A stretch of DNA of 64,000 bases from Candidatus Velthaea sp. GTDB lineage: Bacteria; Vulcanimicrobiota; Vulcanimicrobiia; Vulcanimicrobiales; Vulcanimicrobiaceae. Numbering within the stretch: the first letter of the stretch is position 1; each line of letters begins with the position of its first letter. Below the pieces are notes generated by a model. The model saw nothing but the letters and a program-made list of their open reading frames with translations, searched no databases and was not told the origin of the DNA. Made by a program: the position numbers and the translations under genes. This document shows, piece after piece, positions 22,414-32,634 of this stretch. The stretch covers positions 41,454 through 105,453 of the forward strand of contig JBEKHC010000003.1 in NCBI GenBank assembly GCA_050012475.1, in the 5' to 3' direction.

Positions 22414-23471
22414 ATGAGAGGGCGAATCCGAGCAAACGCGCCCACCCTGCCGATAGCGCGGCCGGCTCTCCGCTTCCGCTGCATGCCTCGCTGTCGAAAT
22501 CCGACCCCGCGTACCCGATCGTTTCGGGTATTCTGAGCGTTGTGCCGGCCTCGCAGTGGACCTTTGCGCGCGTGCAGCCCAACGGCGATCTCGACGCGCT
22601 TTTCGGTTCGCACGGCAACGGCAAGGCACGCGCCGTCCTCACCGACGAGCTCAAACGTCAACGGCTCAAGGCTCCGATTGGGCCCCGGATCGCCGCGACG
22701 CTCGGACCGTTGGACGCCTTCGCGAGCGGCATCACGCTCCTTTTCGCCGACGCCCGCTCCAATTTCGGGATCCTTACGCTGCTGCGGACCACGGAATTGG
22801 GACCGTTCACCGCCAGCGAGATCAGCATGCTGACGTTCGCCCTCGACGCCCTGTCGGATCGCCTCTCCGCGCTGCGCCTGCAGCCGGAAGCAAAGGAAAA
22901 TGGCTTTCTGCCCCATCGTGCGGAGACCCGGATGAGTCCGGAGCCGCCCGAGGGAGCGTTCTACGTCCTCGACAGCGACCTGCAGATCGTCTTGGCCTGG
23001 AGCGCGGAAGACGAACGCCGGATCGCCTTGACCGGACTGCACACGCGCATCGCCGAGCGTCTCCCCGTCGTGCTCGAACAGACCGTGCGCGAATTGACCT
23101 CGGCTTGGTCCGGCGACGCGCTCAAAGCCCGCAGCGCCGCGCGCGCGGCCTCGTTCCTCGTCGTCCGTACCCAACCGATGTCCGGTCCGGCCGGGCTCTT
23201 CATCGGGGTCCGGATCGATCGCTTCCAGCCGCCGAACTCGCTCACCGGCGCGGCTTCCCGCTTCCACATCTCACCCCGCGAAGTGCAGGTTCTCGCGCTG
23301 CTGCTCGACGGCAAGCACCTCGATCAGATCGCCGAGCAGCTGCACATCACGTCGTCAACCGTTCAAGATCACATCAAGAGCATGCTCGACAAAACCGGCA
23401 GCGGGAACCGCAGCGAACTCATCGCGCGCGTGCTGGGCTGGGAGTCGCCGCCGCGAGCCGAACAGGCGTAG
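22414..23471 (+). CDS. LuxR-family HTH transcriptional regulator (open frame from 22542; probable start ATG 22414 needs one extra G at 22420-22422)
   Basis: C-terminal ISPREVQVLALLLDGKHLDQIAEQLHITSSTVQDHIKSMLDK...NRSELI; N-terminal GAF/PAS-like sensor region. Confidence 0.85.
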
Positions 23472-23498
23472 CGTTTCGGCAACGCCGAAGCCGCCGGT

Positions 23499-23543
23499 CC
23501 CCCGGATTTCACGATACCAGTCGGCTCTCGGCTGCGCTATAGT
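23499..23543 (+). promoter_or_regulatory. Regulon promoter copy 6 (drives aspT-aspD)
   Basis: cccccggat-TTCACG-24 nt-TATAGT (23538-23543). Confidence 0.7.
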
Positions 23544-23628
23544 ACGACGGGACTCGCAGGACGTTTGTTCTTGCGCCAGTCGCGCCTGACGTCGCCCGTC
23601 GACGACGGCGATGTCCGGGAATTCTACA

Positions 23629-25338
23629 ATGACGATCCTTCATCAGCTCCTCAAGGGCGAGCCGCTGCTCGCGCTATTTGCCACGATCGCGCTCGGCTAT
23701 CTCGCCGGGAAAATCAAAATCGGCAGCTTCGTCTTGGGCGGTATTGCCGGAACGCTCCTCGTCGGTGTGATCGTCGGCCAGCTGGACGTGCAGTTGGACG
23801 GCGGCATCAAGACGATCTTTTTTGCGCTGTTCATCTACGCCGTCGGTTACCAGGGCGGCCCGCAGTTTTTCCACGCCCTCAATCGGCGTTCGCTCAACCA
23901 GCTCGCGTCGGCATTCGTCATGTGTTTGACCGGTCTGCTGTGCGTGTTGATCGCGGCTTGGATGTTCGGCCTCGATCGCGGAATGGCAGCCGGATTGGCC
24001 GCCGGCGGCTTGACCCAATCGGCGATCATCGGCACCGCCGGCGACGCGATCGCCCGCTTGGGACTGTCACCGGCTGCGATAAAAGCCATGCAGACCAACG
24101 TCGCCGTCGGTTACGCCGTGTGCTACATCTTCGGCTCGCTGGGACCGATCCTCATGGTCACGTGGTTTTTCCCCGCGATCATGAAATGGAACATTCGCCA
24201 AGAAGCGGTGAAGTTGGCGAAGCAACTGTCCGGCGGCCGAGCCGAACTCGACCCCGGTCAATTCAATGCCGTGCGCGACATCGACACCCGCTTCTATGAA
24301 ATCGCGCCGGCCAGCAAGGCCGTCGGCCAGACGGCGCTCGCGATCGACAAGCTGCTTTCGGACGCCGCGGTCGAGGCCATCTTCCGCAACGGCGCCGCGG
24401 TCGAATTCACCGGCAGCACGGTCGTTCAGGCGCGGGACAGCGTCGCGGTCACCGGAACGATCCGCGTCATGGAAACGGCTTCGGACTTTTTCGGTCACGA
24501 GGTGATTGCTCCGAACAATCCCACGCTCGTTCAAGAGAGCCGCGAACTCATTTTGACCAACCGCGGGCTGAGCGGCCGGACCATCGACGACGTCCACGCG
24601 AACGTCAGCGTCGAGACGCGGCACGGCGTTTTCCTGACGGCGATCCGACGGATGGGACGCGATCTGCCGCTGCTGGGGAACCTGAAGTTGCAAAGCGGCG
24701 ACGAACTGCACTTGACGGGCAGTCCGGGCGATCTCGATCGCGTGCAAACCAAGATCGGGTACAAAATATCGGCGTCGGCGGTCACCGACTTCGTCTTCTT
24801 CGGCATCGGCATCGTGACGGGAATGCTGCTGGGTTTGATTCAATTCAAACTTTGGGGTGTTCCGATCACCATCGGCAGCGGTGCGGGGTGCTTGCTCTCC
24901 GGCTTATTTTTCGGCTGGCTGCGCAGCGTCCATCCAAGATTCGCCGCGCTTCCGCTGGGCGCGTCGACGTTTTTGCGCGATTTCGGGTTGGCCGTTTTCG
25001 TCGGCACGGTCGGCATCGCCGCGGGACCGCCGGCCCTCGTCGCCATCCAGCACTCCGGCTTGACGCTTTTGTTTCTCGGTGTCGCCGTTACGCTGATCCC
25101 TCAAATCGTTACGTTCTTCTTCTCCTACTACGTACTGCGCATCAAAAATCCGATCGAAGCGCTGGCCTGCGTGGCCGGCGGCCGCAGCGCGAATCCGGCG
25201 TTCGCCGCTTTACTATCGAAGACCGGAAACGCAACGCCCGTCGCCGCGTTCACGGTCACCTATGCCGTCGCGAATGTTTTTCTCACCCTCTGGGGTCCCG
25301 TGATCGTCGGTATCATCGCCAAGAACGCGACCCATTGA
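23629..25338 (+). CDS. aspT: Aspartate:alanine antiporter
   Basis: FIYAVGYQGGPQFF, AGGLTQSAIIGTA, central TrkA-C-like region, second AAE TM block; upstream of aspD. Confidence 0.92.
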   Translation: MTILHQLLKGEPLLALFATIALGYLAGKIKIGSFVLGGIAGTLLVGVIVGQLDVQLDGGIKTIFFALFIYAVGYQGGPQFFHALNRRSLNQLASAFVMCLTGLLCVLIAAWMFGLDRGMAAGLAAGGLTQSAIIGTAGDAIARLGLSPAAIKAMQTNVAVGYAVCYIFGSLGPILMVTWFFPAIMKWNIRQEAVKLAKQLSGGRAELDPGQFNAVRDIDTRFYEIAPASKAVGQTALAIDKLLSDAAVEAIFRNGAAVEFTGSTVVQARDSVAVTGTIRVMETASDFFGHEVIAPNNPTLVQESRELILTNRGLSGRTIDDVHANVSVETRHGVFLTAIRRMGRDLPLLGNLKLQSGDELHLTGSPGDLDRVQTKIGYKISASAVTDFVFFGIGIVTGMLLGLIQFKLWGVPITIGSGAGCLLSGLFFGWLRSVHPRFAALPLGASTFLRDFGLAVFVGTVGIAAGPPALVAIQHSGLTLLFLGVAVTLIPQIVTFFFSYYVLRIKNPIEALACVAGGRSANPAFAALLSKTGNATPVAAFTVTYAVANVFLTLWGPVIVGIIAKNATH

Positions 25339-25359
25339 TCCACGCATCGGAGCACCATC

Positions 25360-26994
25360 ATGCCTTCTACCGACTATAGCGACCTCGAAGACCTGAGCCC
25401 ATTCGAGCTCAAAGACCGGCTCATCGAGATCGCCTCGTCCGACTCCGCGCGGCTGATGCTCAATGCGGGCAGAGGGAATCCCAATTTCGTCGCAACGCTG
25501 CCGCGGTGGGCGTACCTGAGCGTTGGTGAGTTCGCACTGCTGGAGTCCGAACGGTCGTATTCGCATCTGAAGGTCGGCTTGGGCGGGCTGCCCGAGCGGG
25601 CCGGACTCATGCAGCGCTTCGAGACGTACGTGGCCGCTCACCCGCGTGCAGCGGGTGTCATCTTCTTGCGCGAGGCGCTGGCCTTGATCAAGGACCGTCT
25701 CGGGCTCAACGAAGAAGACCTGCTGCTGGAGTTCGTCGCTGCGTTCCTGGGCTGCAACTACCCGACGCCGCCGCGAATGCTGCCGATCACGGAAACGATC
25801 GTCAAGGCATATCTCGCTCAGGAGCTCTTTGGGAGCGTTCGGGTCCGCTCGGATTTTTCGCTCTTCGCGACCGAAGGCGGGACGGCGGCGATGACCTATA
25901 TCTTTCAAAGCTTACACGCGAACGAGCTCATCGATCCAGGCGACAAGATCGCGATCGTCACGCCGATTTTTTCACCATATTTGGAAATCCCCGTGCTCGA
26001 CGAATACAGCCTGGACGTGGTGGACATTCGGATGGATGAAAACGACGACTGGCAGCTTCCGGATGCCGAGATCGACAAGCTCCTTGACCCGAAGATCAAA
26101 GTGCTGTGTCTGGTAAACCCGAGTAATCCCCCGTCGACCAAACTCACCGACGCCGTATTGGACAAGATCGCGACGCTCGTCAACACCCAACGCCCCGACC
26201 TGCTCATCGTTACCGACGTCGTCTACGCGACCTTTGCCGACGACTTCGTTTCGCTGTTCGCAAAGTGCCCGTACAACACGCTGTGCGTCTACTCGTTCTC
26301 CAAGTACTTCGGGGCCACCGGATGGCGCCTTGGCGCAATCGGCCTGCACGACCGCAACGTCTTCGACTCCGCGCTCGCAGCGCTGGCCGAGGGCCGCAAG
26401 GCATTGCTCGATACCCGCTATTCGTCGTTGACGACCCAGCCGCGGAAGCTGAGTTTCCTCGACCGTTTGGTTGCCGACAGTCGTGCGGTGGCGCTCAACC
26501 ATACCGCCGGTCTGAGCCTGCCGCAACAGCTGCAGATGGCATTGTTTGCCCTGCACGGCCTGCTGGATCGCGAAGACCGCTACAAGAATGCGGCGAAGGA
26601 GCTCATCCGCGAACGGTATCAGACGCTCTACGCCAACATGGGAGTCGAAGCAGTCCGTACGCCCAGCGATGTCGACTACTATTCCTTGATCGATCTGCAG
26701 ACCATCGGCGCATCTCTCTATGGCCCCCAGTTCGAGGCCTGGTTCACCAAAAATGACCTGGGAACGAGTTACCTCTTCCGCCTCGCCAAAGAAACTGGCG
26801 TCGTGCTTCTGCCCGGGAGCGGCTTCGAGGTCGTCGACACGTCGGCGCGGATTTCGCTGGCCAATTTGACCGACAGCGAGTACGCTTCGATCGGCCGATT
26901 CACGCGCCAAGTTCTCGATGAATACTACGTTGACTTCAAGAAAACGTTGGCGGCGACGAACGGATCAGCCGCGCATGCCGGTGCCAGCCGATGA
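25360..26994 (+). CDS. aspD: Aspartate 4-decarboxylase
   Basis: LSPFELKD, LNAGRGNPN, EGGTAAM, VNPSNPPS, SFSKYFGATGWRLG (PLP Lys), LNHTAGLSLPQQ. Confidence 0.95.
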   Translation: MPSTDYSDLEDLSPFELKDRLIEIASSDSARLMLNAGRGNPNFVATLPRWAYLSVGEFALLESERSYSHLKVGLGGLPERAGLMQRFETYVAAHPRAAGVIFLREALALIKDRLGLNEEDLLLEFVAAFLGCNYPTPPRMLPITETIVKAYLAQELFGSVRVRSDFSLFATEGGTAAMTYIFQSLHANELIDPGDKIAIVTPIFSPYLEIPVLDEYSLDVVDIRMDENDDWQLPDAEIDKLLDPKIKVLCLVNPSNPPSTKLTDAVLDKIATLVNTQRPDLLIVTDVVYATFADDFVSLFAKCPYNTLCVYSFSKYFGATGWRLGAIGLHDRNVFDSALAALAEGRKALLDTRYSSLTTQPRKLSFLDRLVADSRAVALNHTAGLSLPQQLQMALFALHGLLDREDRYKNAAKELIRERYQTLYANMGVEAVRTPSDVDYYSLIDLQTIGASLYGPQFEAWFTKNDLGTSYLFRLAKETGVVLLPGSGFEVVDTSARISLANLTDSEYASIGRFTRQVLDEYYVDFKKTLAATNGSAAHAGASR

Positions 26995-27347
26995 TTGATG
27001 CACCCGCGGCACCTCCGCAGCTGATACGAACCGCCACCGGCGCGACCTTTCGACGCTTGATTCTCGAAGGCGCCGGGCCAATCGTGGTCGAGTTCATGGC
27101 GTACGGCTGCGCGCATTGCCGCGCGCTCGAGCCGGTGCTCAAGCAGGTGACCCGAATGCTCGGTTCGGCAGAGCAGGTGTTCCGAGTGAACGTCGCCGTC
27201 GACGAGGAACTGGCGAACAGCTACGAGATCGGTGCAACCCCGACGCTGCTTATGTTTTTGGACGCAAAGGAAGTGGGGCGACTCGAAGGGCCGCGCCCTG
27301 TGGTAGCCAGCCTCCTAAGTGCGGTCGTAACACCATTCTCTTCATGA
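26991..27347 (+). CDS. Thioredoxin family protein
   Basis: EFMAYGCAHC (CxxC), ATPT cis-Pro loop; ATGA overlap with aspD. Confidence 0.88.
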   Translation: MIDAPAAPPQLIRTATGATFRRLILEGAGPIVVEFMAYGCAHCRALEPVLKQVTRMLGSAEQVFRVNVAVDEELANSYEIGATPTLLMFLDAKEVGRLEGPRPVVASLLSAVVTPFSS

Positions 27348-27937
27348 ACTGCGACAGGGCCCCGAGCCACCCGACCAAACCGGTCCTGCTGTATAACGGC
27401 GAATGCGCGGTCTGCCGTCACATCGCGCAGTGGGTACTTCAATCGGCGCGCAGCGCATCGGGCGATCCGAGCATCGTCGAACGGCCGATCGGCGACGACC
27501 CGGAGGCGCTCGCGTTGCTCAACCCGGACCTCGATATCTGGGATGCATATGCGACCGTCCATCTTCTCATGCCCGATGGATCGATAAAAACCGGCGGCGA
27601 GGCCGTGGCCGAAGTTCTGCGGCGTGTCCCCGGCGCGCGATGGTTCAGCTGGACGTTCGCGGCCGGCATTGGCGGCTTCAGACCTTTTCAGCTGCTGCTC
27701 GATGCGTGCTACGCCGCACTCGCAGCGGTTCGCCCGCTGCTGGGATGCGAGAGCTGCGGTTCGACGAACGTCTGGGTGCGATCGATCGCCCGAACAATCG
27801 CCTGGGGAAAAGCTCCGTTCGCGAAGAGCAGCGCGCCGCATCGGGTGCGACATTTCGCCGCCGCGACCGCACGCCGGTCGAGACCGGCCGAACCCAAGTG
27901 GCCCACGGCCGCGACTCCCCGAAATTCACGATGGTGA
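27344..27937 (+). CDS. DCC1-like thiol-disulfide oxidoreductase (DUF393)
   Basis: LLYNGECAVC, G.IKTGGEAV; ATGA overlap with the thioredoxin gene. Confidence 0.8.
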   Translation: MNCDRAPSHPTKPVLLYNGECAVCRHIAQWVLQSARSASGDPSIVERPIGDDPEALALLNPDLDIWDAYATVHLLMPDGSIKTGGEAVAEVLRRVPGARWFSWTFAAGIGGFRPFQLLLDACYAALAAVRPLLGCESCGSTNVWVRSIARTIAWGKAPFAKSSAPHRVRHFAAATARRSRPAEPKWPTAATPRNSRW

Positions 27938-27960
27938 ATCACGCACCGATGCGCTAAGCT
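27916..27960 (+). promoter_or_regulatory. Regulon promoter copy 7 (drives rpoZ-SDR-oleate hydratase)
   Basis: tccccgaaa-TTCACG-24 nt-TAAGCT (27955-27960). Confidence 0.65.
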
Positions 27961-28006
27961 TTTGGAGATGAGCGCGTCAACCGCCTCAAAGAATTGAACG
28001 AAATCA

Positions 28007-28225
28007 ATGAGTGACTCAGTATTCGGTGATCTCGACGGGCTTTTGGAGCACGCCGATTCGAAATTCACCCTCGTCAACGTCGTGACCAAGCGCGCCAAGC
28101 AGCTCAACAACGGGGCTCCGCCGCTGTGCGACAACGCGAACCCCAACAAGCCCGTTTCGACGGCGTTCAACGAAGTACGGCTAGGGAAAATCAAATACAA
28201 GCGGACCCGCGAAGGGATCAAATAG
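28007..28225 (+). CDS. rpoZ: RNA polymerase omega subunit
   Basis: DSKFTLVNVVTKRAKQL...NKPVSTAFNEVRLGKI is the omega signature. Confidence 0.92.
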   Translation: MSDSVFGDLDGLLEHADSKFTLVNVVTKRAKQLNNGAPPLCDNANPNKPVSTAFNEVRLGKIKYKRTREGIK

Positions 28226-28285
28226 CTCGACCCCCCACACGCCTTATCACTGTTGGTGGAAGGCCTCGCTACAAGAGGTTTGTGC

Positions 28286-29077
28286 ATGCAAACGACGGCT
28301 CGTACCACCGAACCCGATGTGAAATCCTCAAAGCCCTTGCTGGGGCGCGTTGCTGTCGTTACCGGCGGTTCGCGCGGTCTGGGAGCGGCTATCGCCAGGG
28401 AACTTGCCGATGCCGGCGCGACGACGATCGTCAACTACCATCACACCGCCGATCTCGCTACGCACGTCCTTGAGGAGATCGAAGCAGCCGGCGGCAAAGC
28501 GTTCGCCGAGCAGTGCAACATCGCTGACTACGACGAGGTGGAGCGCATGTTCGCCCGTATCAAGGAAGAACGGGGCCGGCTCGACATCCTCGTTAACAAC
28601 GCAGCGATCGTGCGGGACCACAGCTTCAAGAAAATGACGGCCAAAGAGTGGCGGGATGTCATCGACACCGACCTCACCGCGCTCATGTACACCTGCCACT
28701 TTGCCGTGCCAATGCTGCTCGAAAACGGCTGGGGCCGAATCATCAATATCTCGTCGACGACCGGTCAACTCGTGGTTACTTTTGGACAAGCGAACTATGC
28801 GGCCGCGAAGGCGGGCGTCATCGGTTTCACCAAGGCGCTTGGCGTCGAACTGGCCCGCAGCAACATCACGGTAAACGCCGTGGCGATCGGTGCGATGGCC
28901 ACGGAAATGTGGGATCTGGTTCCCGACGCGATCAAAGAGTCGCTTTACGAGAGGATCCCGATGCACCGCGCCTGCACGACGGAAGAGGCCGCGCGCGGCG
29001 TACGCTTCCTGGCCATCGAGGGCGCCTACATCACCGGTCACGCCCTGAACATGAACGGCGGCCTGTACCAGGGCTGA
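28286..29077 (+). CDS. SDR oxidoreductase, FabG/PhaB (acetoacetyl-CoA reductase)-like
   Basis: TGGSRGLG, LVNNA, GQANYAAAKAG (YxxxK), ITGHALNMNGGLY. Confidence 0.88.
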   Translation: MQTTARTTEPDVKSSKPLLGRVAVVTGGSRGLGAAIARELADAGATTIVNYHHTADLATHVLEEIEAAGGKAFAEQCNIADYDEVERMFARIKEERGRLDILVNNAAIVRDHSFKKMTAKEWRDVIDTDLTALMYTCHFAVPMLLENGWGRIINISSTTGQLVVTFGQANYAAAKAGVIGFTKALGVELARSNITVNAVAIGAMATEMWDLVPDAIKESLYERIPMHRACTTEEAARGVRFLAIEGAYITGHALNMNGGLYQG

Positions 29078-29079
29078 CC

Positions 29080-30647
29080 ATGAGCATGTATTATTTCGTT
29101 GGTTCGGGTATCGCTTCGCTGGCCGGAGCGGCGTACTTGATCCGCGACGCTGGCGTCGCCGGGACGAACATCGTTATTTTCGAGGAATCCGCCGCCTTCG
29201 GCGGAGCACTCGACGCTCATGGCGACACGGCAACCGGCTACTATATGAGCGGCAGCCGCATGTTCGAGCACAAGTACAATTGCACGTTCGATCTCATGTC
29301 GACGATTCCGGCAGCCAGCGATCCCGCGATCTCGATAACCGAAGAAACGAATCTCGCCGAAGCCGAAGCACGTTGGTTCAATAGGGCACGGCTCGTCGAT
29401 CGCAATCAAAAGATCCTCGATGCGCACGCACTCGGTTTCGGCGAACGCGACCAGCTCGATCTCGTCGTGCTCATGGCAACGCCCGAGAAACTGCTGGATG
29501 GCAAGCGGATCACGGATTGCTTCCGCGGCGAGTTCTTCGAGACGAACTTCTGGTTTGAATGGTGTACGCTCTTCGCTTTCCAACGCTGGCACAGCGCGAT
29601 CGAGTTCAAACGTTATCTTTTGCGGTTCATGCATCACTTTCGACTATCGACACCCAAGAGGGAGTTTACCGGACCCGTTACAATCAGTACGATTCGATCG
29701 CGGTGCCGCTCGTGAAGTGGCTGCGTGACCGCGGCGTCGAGATTCGCTTCGAGACGACGGTCAAGGACCTCGGTTTCGTCGCCGGCGGGACGCGAATCAC
29801 CGTGGATTCGATCCTCTCCACCCAGTCCGATACGTGCTCGAGTATCCCCGTCGCCCAAGACGATTGCGTGTTCGTGACGAACGGATCGATGACGGCCAAC
29901 AAGACGTTCGGGACGATGTCGAGCCCGGCCGCGCTCGACCGCAGCGCGAGCAGCGGCTCGTGGCAGCTCTGGCGCACGCTGGCCCAAGGGCGCCCGCTCT
30001 TCGGCAATCCAGCCGCATTCGATGCGCACATTGAAGAGTCGGTGTGGGAGTCGTTCACGGTTACCGACACCAGCCCGGCATTCTTCGATTTCATGCGCAG
30101 CTTCAGCGGCAGCGATGCCGGCAAGGGCGGGTTGCTCACGCTCAAAGACTCGAGCTGGCTGCTCACGCTCTCGATCTTCCACCAGCCGTTCTTCGAACGG
30201 CAGCCGAAAGGCGCTTTCGTGTGGTGGGGCTATGGCCTGTATCACAACCGGCCCGGCGACTACGTCAAGAAAACGATGGTAGAGTGTTCCGGCAGTGAGA
30301 TACTGGAGGAAGTGCTGGGTCAGCTCGGACTAGCCGATCGCAAAGATGCCTTTCTCGCGAGCTCAAACGTGATTCCGTGCATGATGCCCTATATTACGAG
30401 CCAGTTTCTGGTTCGCAAAGCCGGCGATCGCCCCGACGTCGTGCCCGCCGGCTCGACCAACCTCGCGTTCATCGGGCAGTTCTCGGAGTTACCCGAGGAC
30501 GTCGTTTTCACCGTCGAGTATTCGATCCGCTCGGCGCAGCTCGCCGTCTACTCGCTGCTCAAGCTCGATCGCAAGCCGACCCCGCTCTACCACGGTTCGC
30601 ACGATCCGCGCGTCTTGTTCGAGGCGTTCGCTACCATTCGCCGCTGA
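29080..30647 (+). pseudogene. ohyA: Oleate hydratase (MCRA family) with one -1 frameshift at 29638-29640 (real or sequencing error)
   Basis: VGSGIASLAGAAYLIRD, FFETNFW, WHSAIEFKRY in one frame; RYNQYDS, TNGSMT, MMPYITSQF, NLAFIGQF, VFTVEYSIRSA in another. One extra T restores ...HHF-STIDT.... Confidence 0.88.
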
Positions 30648-30780
30648 CCGATCTCCGGTCTCCGCGTTCGGCGCGACGCCGCCATCGTGGAACAGATGGA
30701 TCGACGGCGGATCTTGCCCCATCACCGGCGCGCAGCCGAATTTCGCCGGCCTCCGGTACCGCCCCGGCAAGGAGTTCCCC

Positions 30781-31011
30781 GTGACATCTCATCAAGCCGC
30801 CGACCACCACACCAACGCAGCGGCGCATCTGCGCACGGCCGCGGACTACAGCGAGCGCGCCGCCGAGCAGTATTCACACGGCGCTCACGAACAAGCCGCG
30901 CACTTCGCTTTACTCGCGCACGCACACATGCAGCATGCCGGGCAATTTATGTCCGATGCCGCGAAAGTCCATGCCGAACTCCACGGCGGAAACAAACACA
31001 CGCGCATTTGA
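30781..31011 (+). CDS. Small His-rich helical protein
   Basis: AAGGAG RBS, GTG; 76 aa with periodic His (AADHH..AAAH...AAHFA..AHAHMQHA...AKVHAELH). Confidence 0.8.
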   Translation: MTSHQAADHHTNAAAHLRTAADYSERAAEQYSHGAHEQAAHFALLAHAHMQHAGQFMSDAAKVHAELHGGNKHTRI

Positions 31012-31219
31012 AGCCTGCGCGGTTCCGGCCGCAAGCAACTGCCCCCAACGCGACATCTATTGGCGGTTATCTCAGTCAATGCGGTTTTCGTCAGCTGGAG
31101 AGATCGTGCCGCCCGTGAAAGGCGTCCGACAATACTCGCCGTCATGCGGTCGCCGAAGTGCCATGAACCGAAGTTCACACGCTCATCGGCGCCCGCGCAC
31201 GAACGCCTCGACTGCCGGC

Positions 31220-31579
31220 CTACGGCATCTTCATCGCCGACGCGGCGCCTTTGACGAACCAGGCATGATCGCCCGGAACGATACAGGGTATCATGTGCAT
31301 CATGTGATCGTGTTTGAACACGACGATGTGCCCGTCCGGGAACTTCACCTGGTTCAGGCAGTGCGACATACCCTGCGCGTCCGGTGTACAATATTCGTCG
31401 GTCAGGACGAGTCCTTCGGTGGGTTTCGTCGGAACTTCGCCGGTGAAGACGTGAAGCGTCTCTAACGGAAGTCCTTGACGGTACATCGTAGCCATGTCGC
31501 CGCCGCCGTTGGCGAGAGTCGGCGTTCCCGTGTACAACACGAGAAGAGCGGCAAGGGCGAACTGTCCGATCACTTTCAC
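31220..31579 (-). CDS. Small secreted Cys/His/Met-rich protein
   Basis: AAAAGGA RBS, GTG 31579, signal peptide; DEYCTPDAQGMSHCLN...HDHMMHMIPCIVPG. Confidence 0.75.
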   Translation of the reverse strand: MKVIGQFALAALLVLYTGTPTLANGGGDMATMYRQGLPLETLHVFTGEVPTKPTEGLVLTDEYCTPDAQGMSHCLNQVKFPDGHIVVFKHDHMMHMIPCIVPGDHAWFVKGAASAMKMP

Positions 31580-31679
31580 AGGGTCGTTCCTTTTGTGTCG
31601 AGGACACGGGAAATCAGAGTCCCCCCTTATGTTACGTGGGTTCCGCAACCGTCAGCAGCCAACATGGTCTCATTTCAAG

Positions 31680-32452
31680 GTTAATTTGATGTTCGATCTG
31701 GTCGAGTACGCCGGTCAAGATCGGATGCGCCGCTGCGCCGAACGCGCTTGGCGGCCTCACGGACCGTGCCGATCCTGGCAAACGCAAAGGCGCCTCGAGG
31801 TACCCTTCTTCAAACGGCACTACGCACGCAGTTTTGGAGCGCGAGCGATGCACGTCATGGTCGGGTCGCCGACCGTACCGCCAAGGAGTCAATTGGAAAA
31901 CGGTGCCTGCGCCTGCCGCGGTGGCGCCGTACAAAGCTCCGCACCTGTCCATCAGTAGGCTGGCTTCTGGGGACACGCCATCACAACCGGTTCCAGCGCC
32001 GTACGAAGTGTGCCGTAAAGTGCTCCATGCCCATCCTCTATGAGGCCGGCGGGACACCCCAGCCATCACCACTGGCGCCAGTGAACAAATGAAGTACGCT
32101 TAACGTCCAGCTCGTTTTGGCAATTGACGGCGGCGTAAGCTTGAAAACAACCCCCGCACCCTTGTTGGCAGGGGCGCACACTGCCAACAACAGAAGTCGT
32201 GCCATACAGGGCGCCGCTTGCGTCCGCGATGAGGTTTCCATGGAGGGATCCTCCGTCAGCAGCGCCTGTAAAAGCGTTGCGCACGTCCTCCTTCCACGCC
32301 TGACTCCACGCCGTTTGCACCAACGCGGATGAATCGACGATCGTGTTAGACGGATGCAATACAGACATGCCGCTGCGAGTACCGGCGCCGATAAAAGCAA
32401 ATGCGCACATCAAGAGCGTCGGCCGGAAAGCGGCAAGGCGAGAGCATTGCAT
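31680..32452 (-). pseudogene. Degenerate secreted GloVer (Gloeo/Verruco)-repeat protein
   Basis: AAGGAG plus ATG 32452; repeat pieces (FTGAADGG..GNLIADASGALYGTT; GVVFKLTPP..WTLSVLHLFTG; PEASLLMD..GALYGAT..GAGTVFQLTP) split across several frames. Confidence 0.75.
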
Positions 32453-32634
32453 TGAAGGCTCCTTCGCTAATGCGACCTCGCTCCGGCTAGATCGGTACGG
32501 CGCGGGCTTCCGTAAAACGGCGCTCGCGCAGACGGCGCCCGCGGTTTCTGGTCCGACGTCTCGGCGGCCCAAGACCGGAACAGCCGGCGAGCTGGTCATT
32601 GGGAGTCCAGGAAAAAGCGAGCGCGCGGCGGGAC

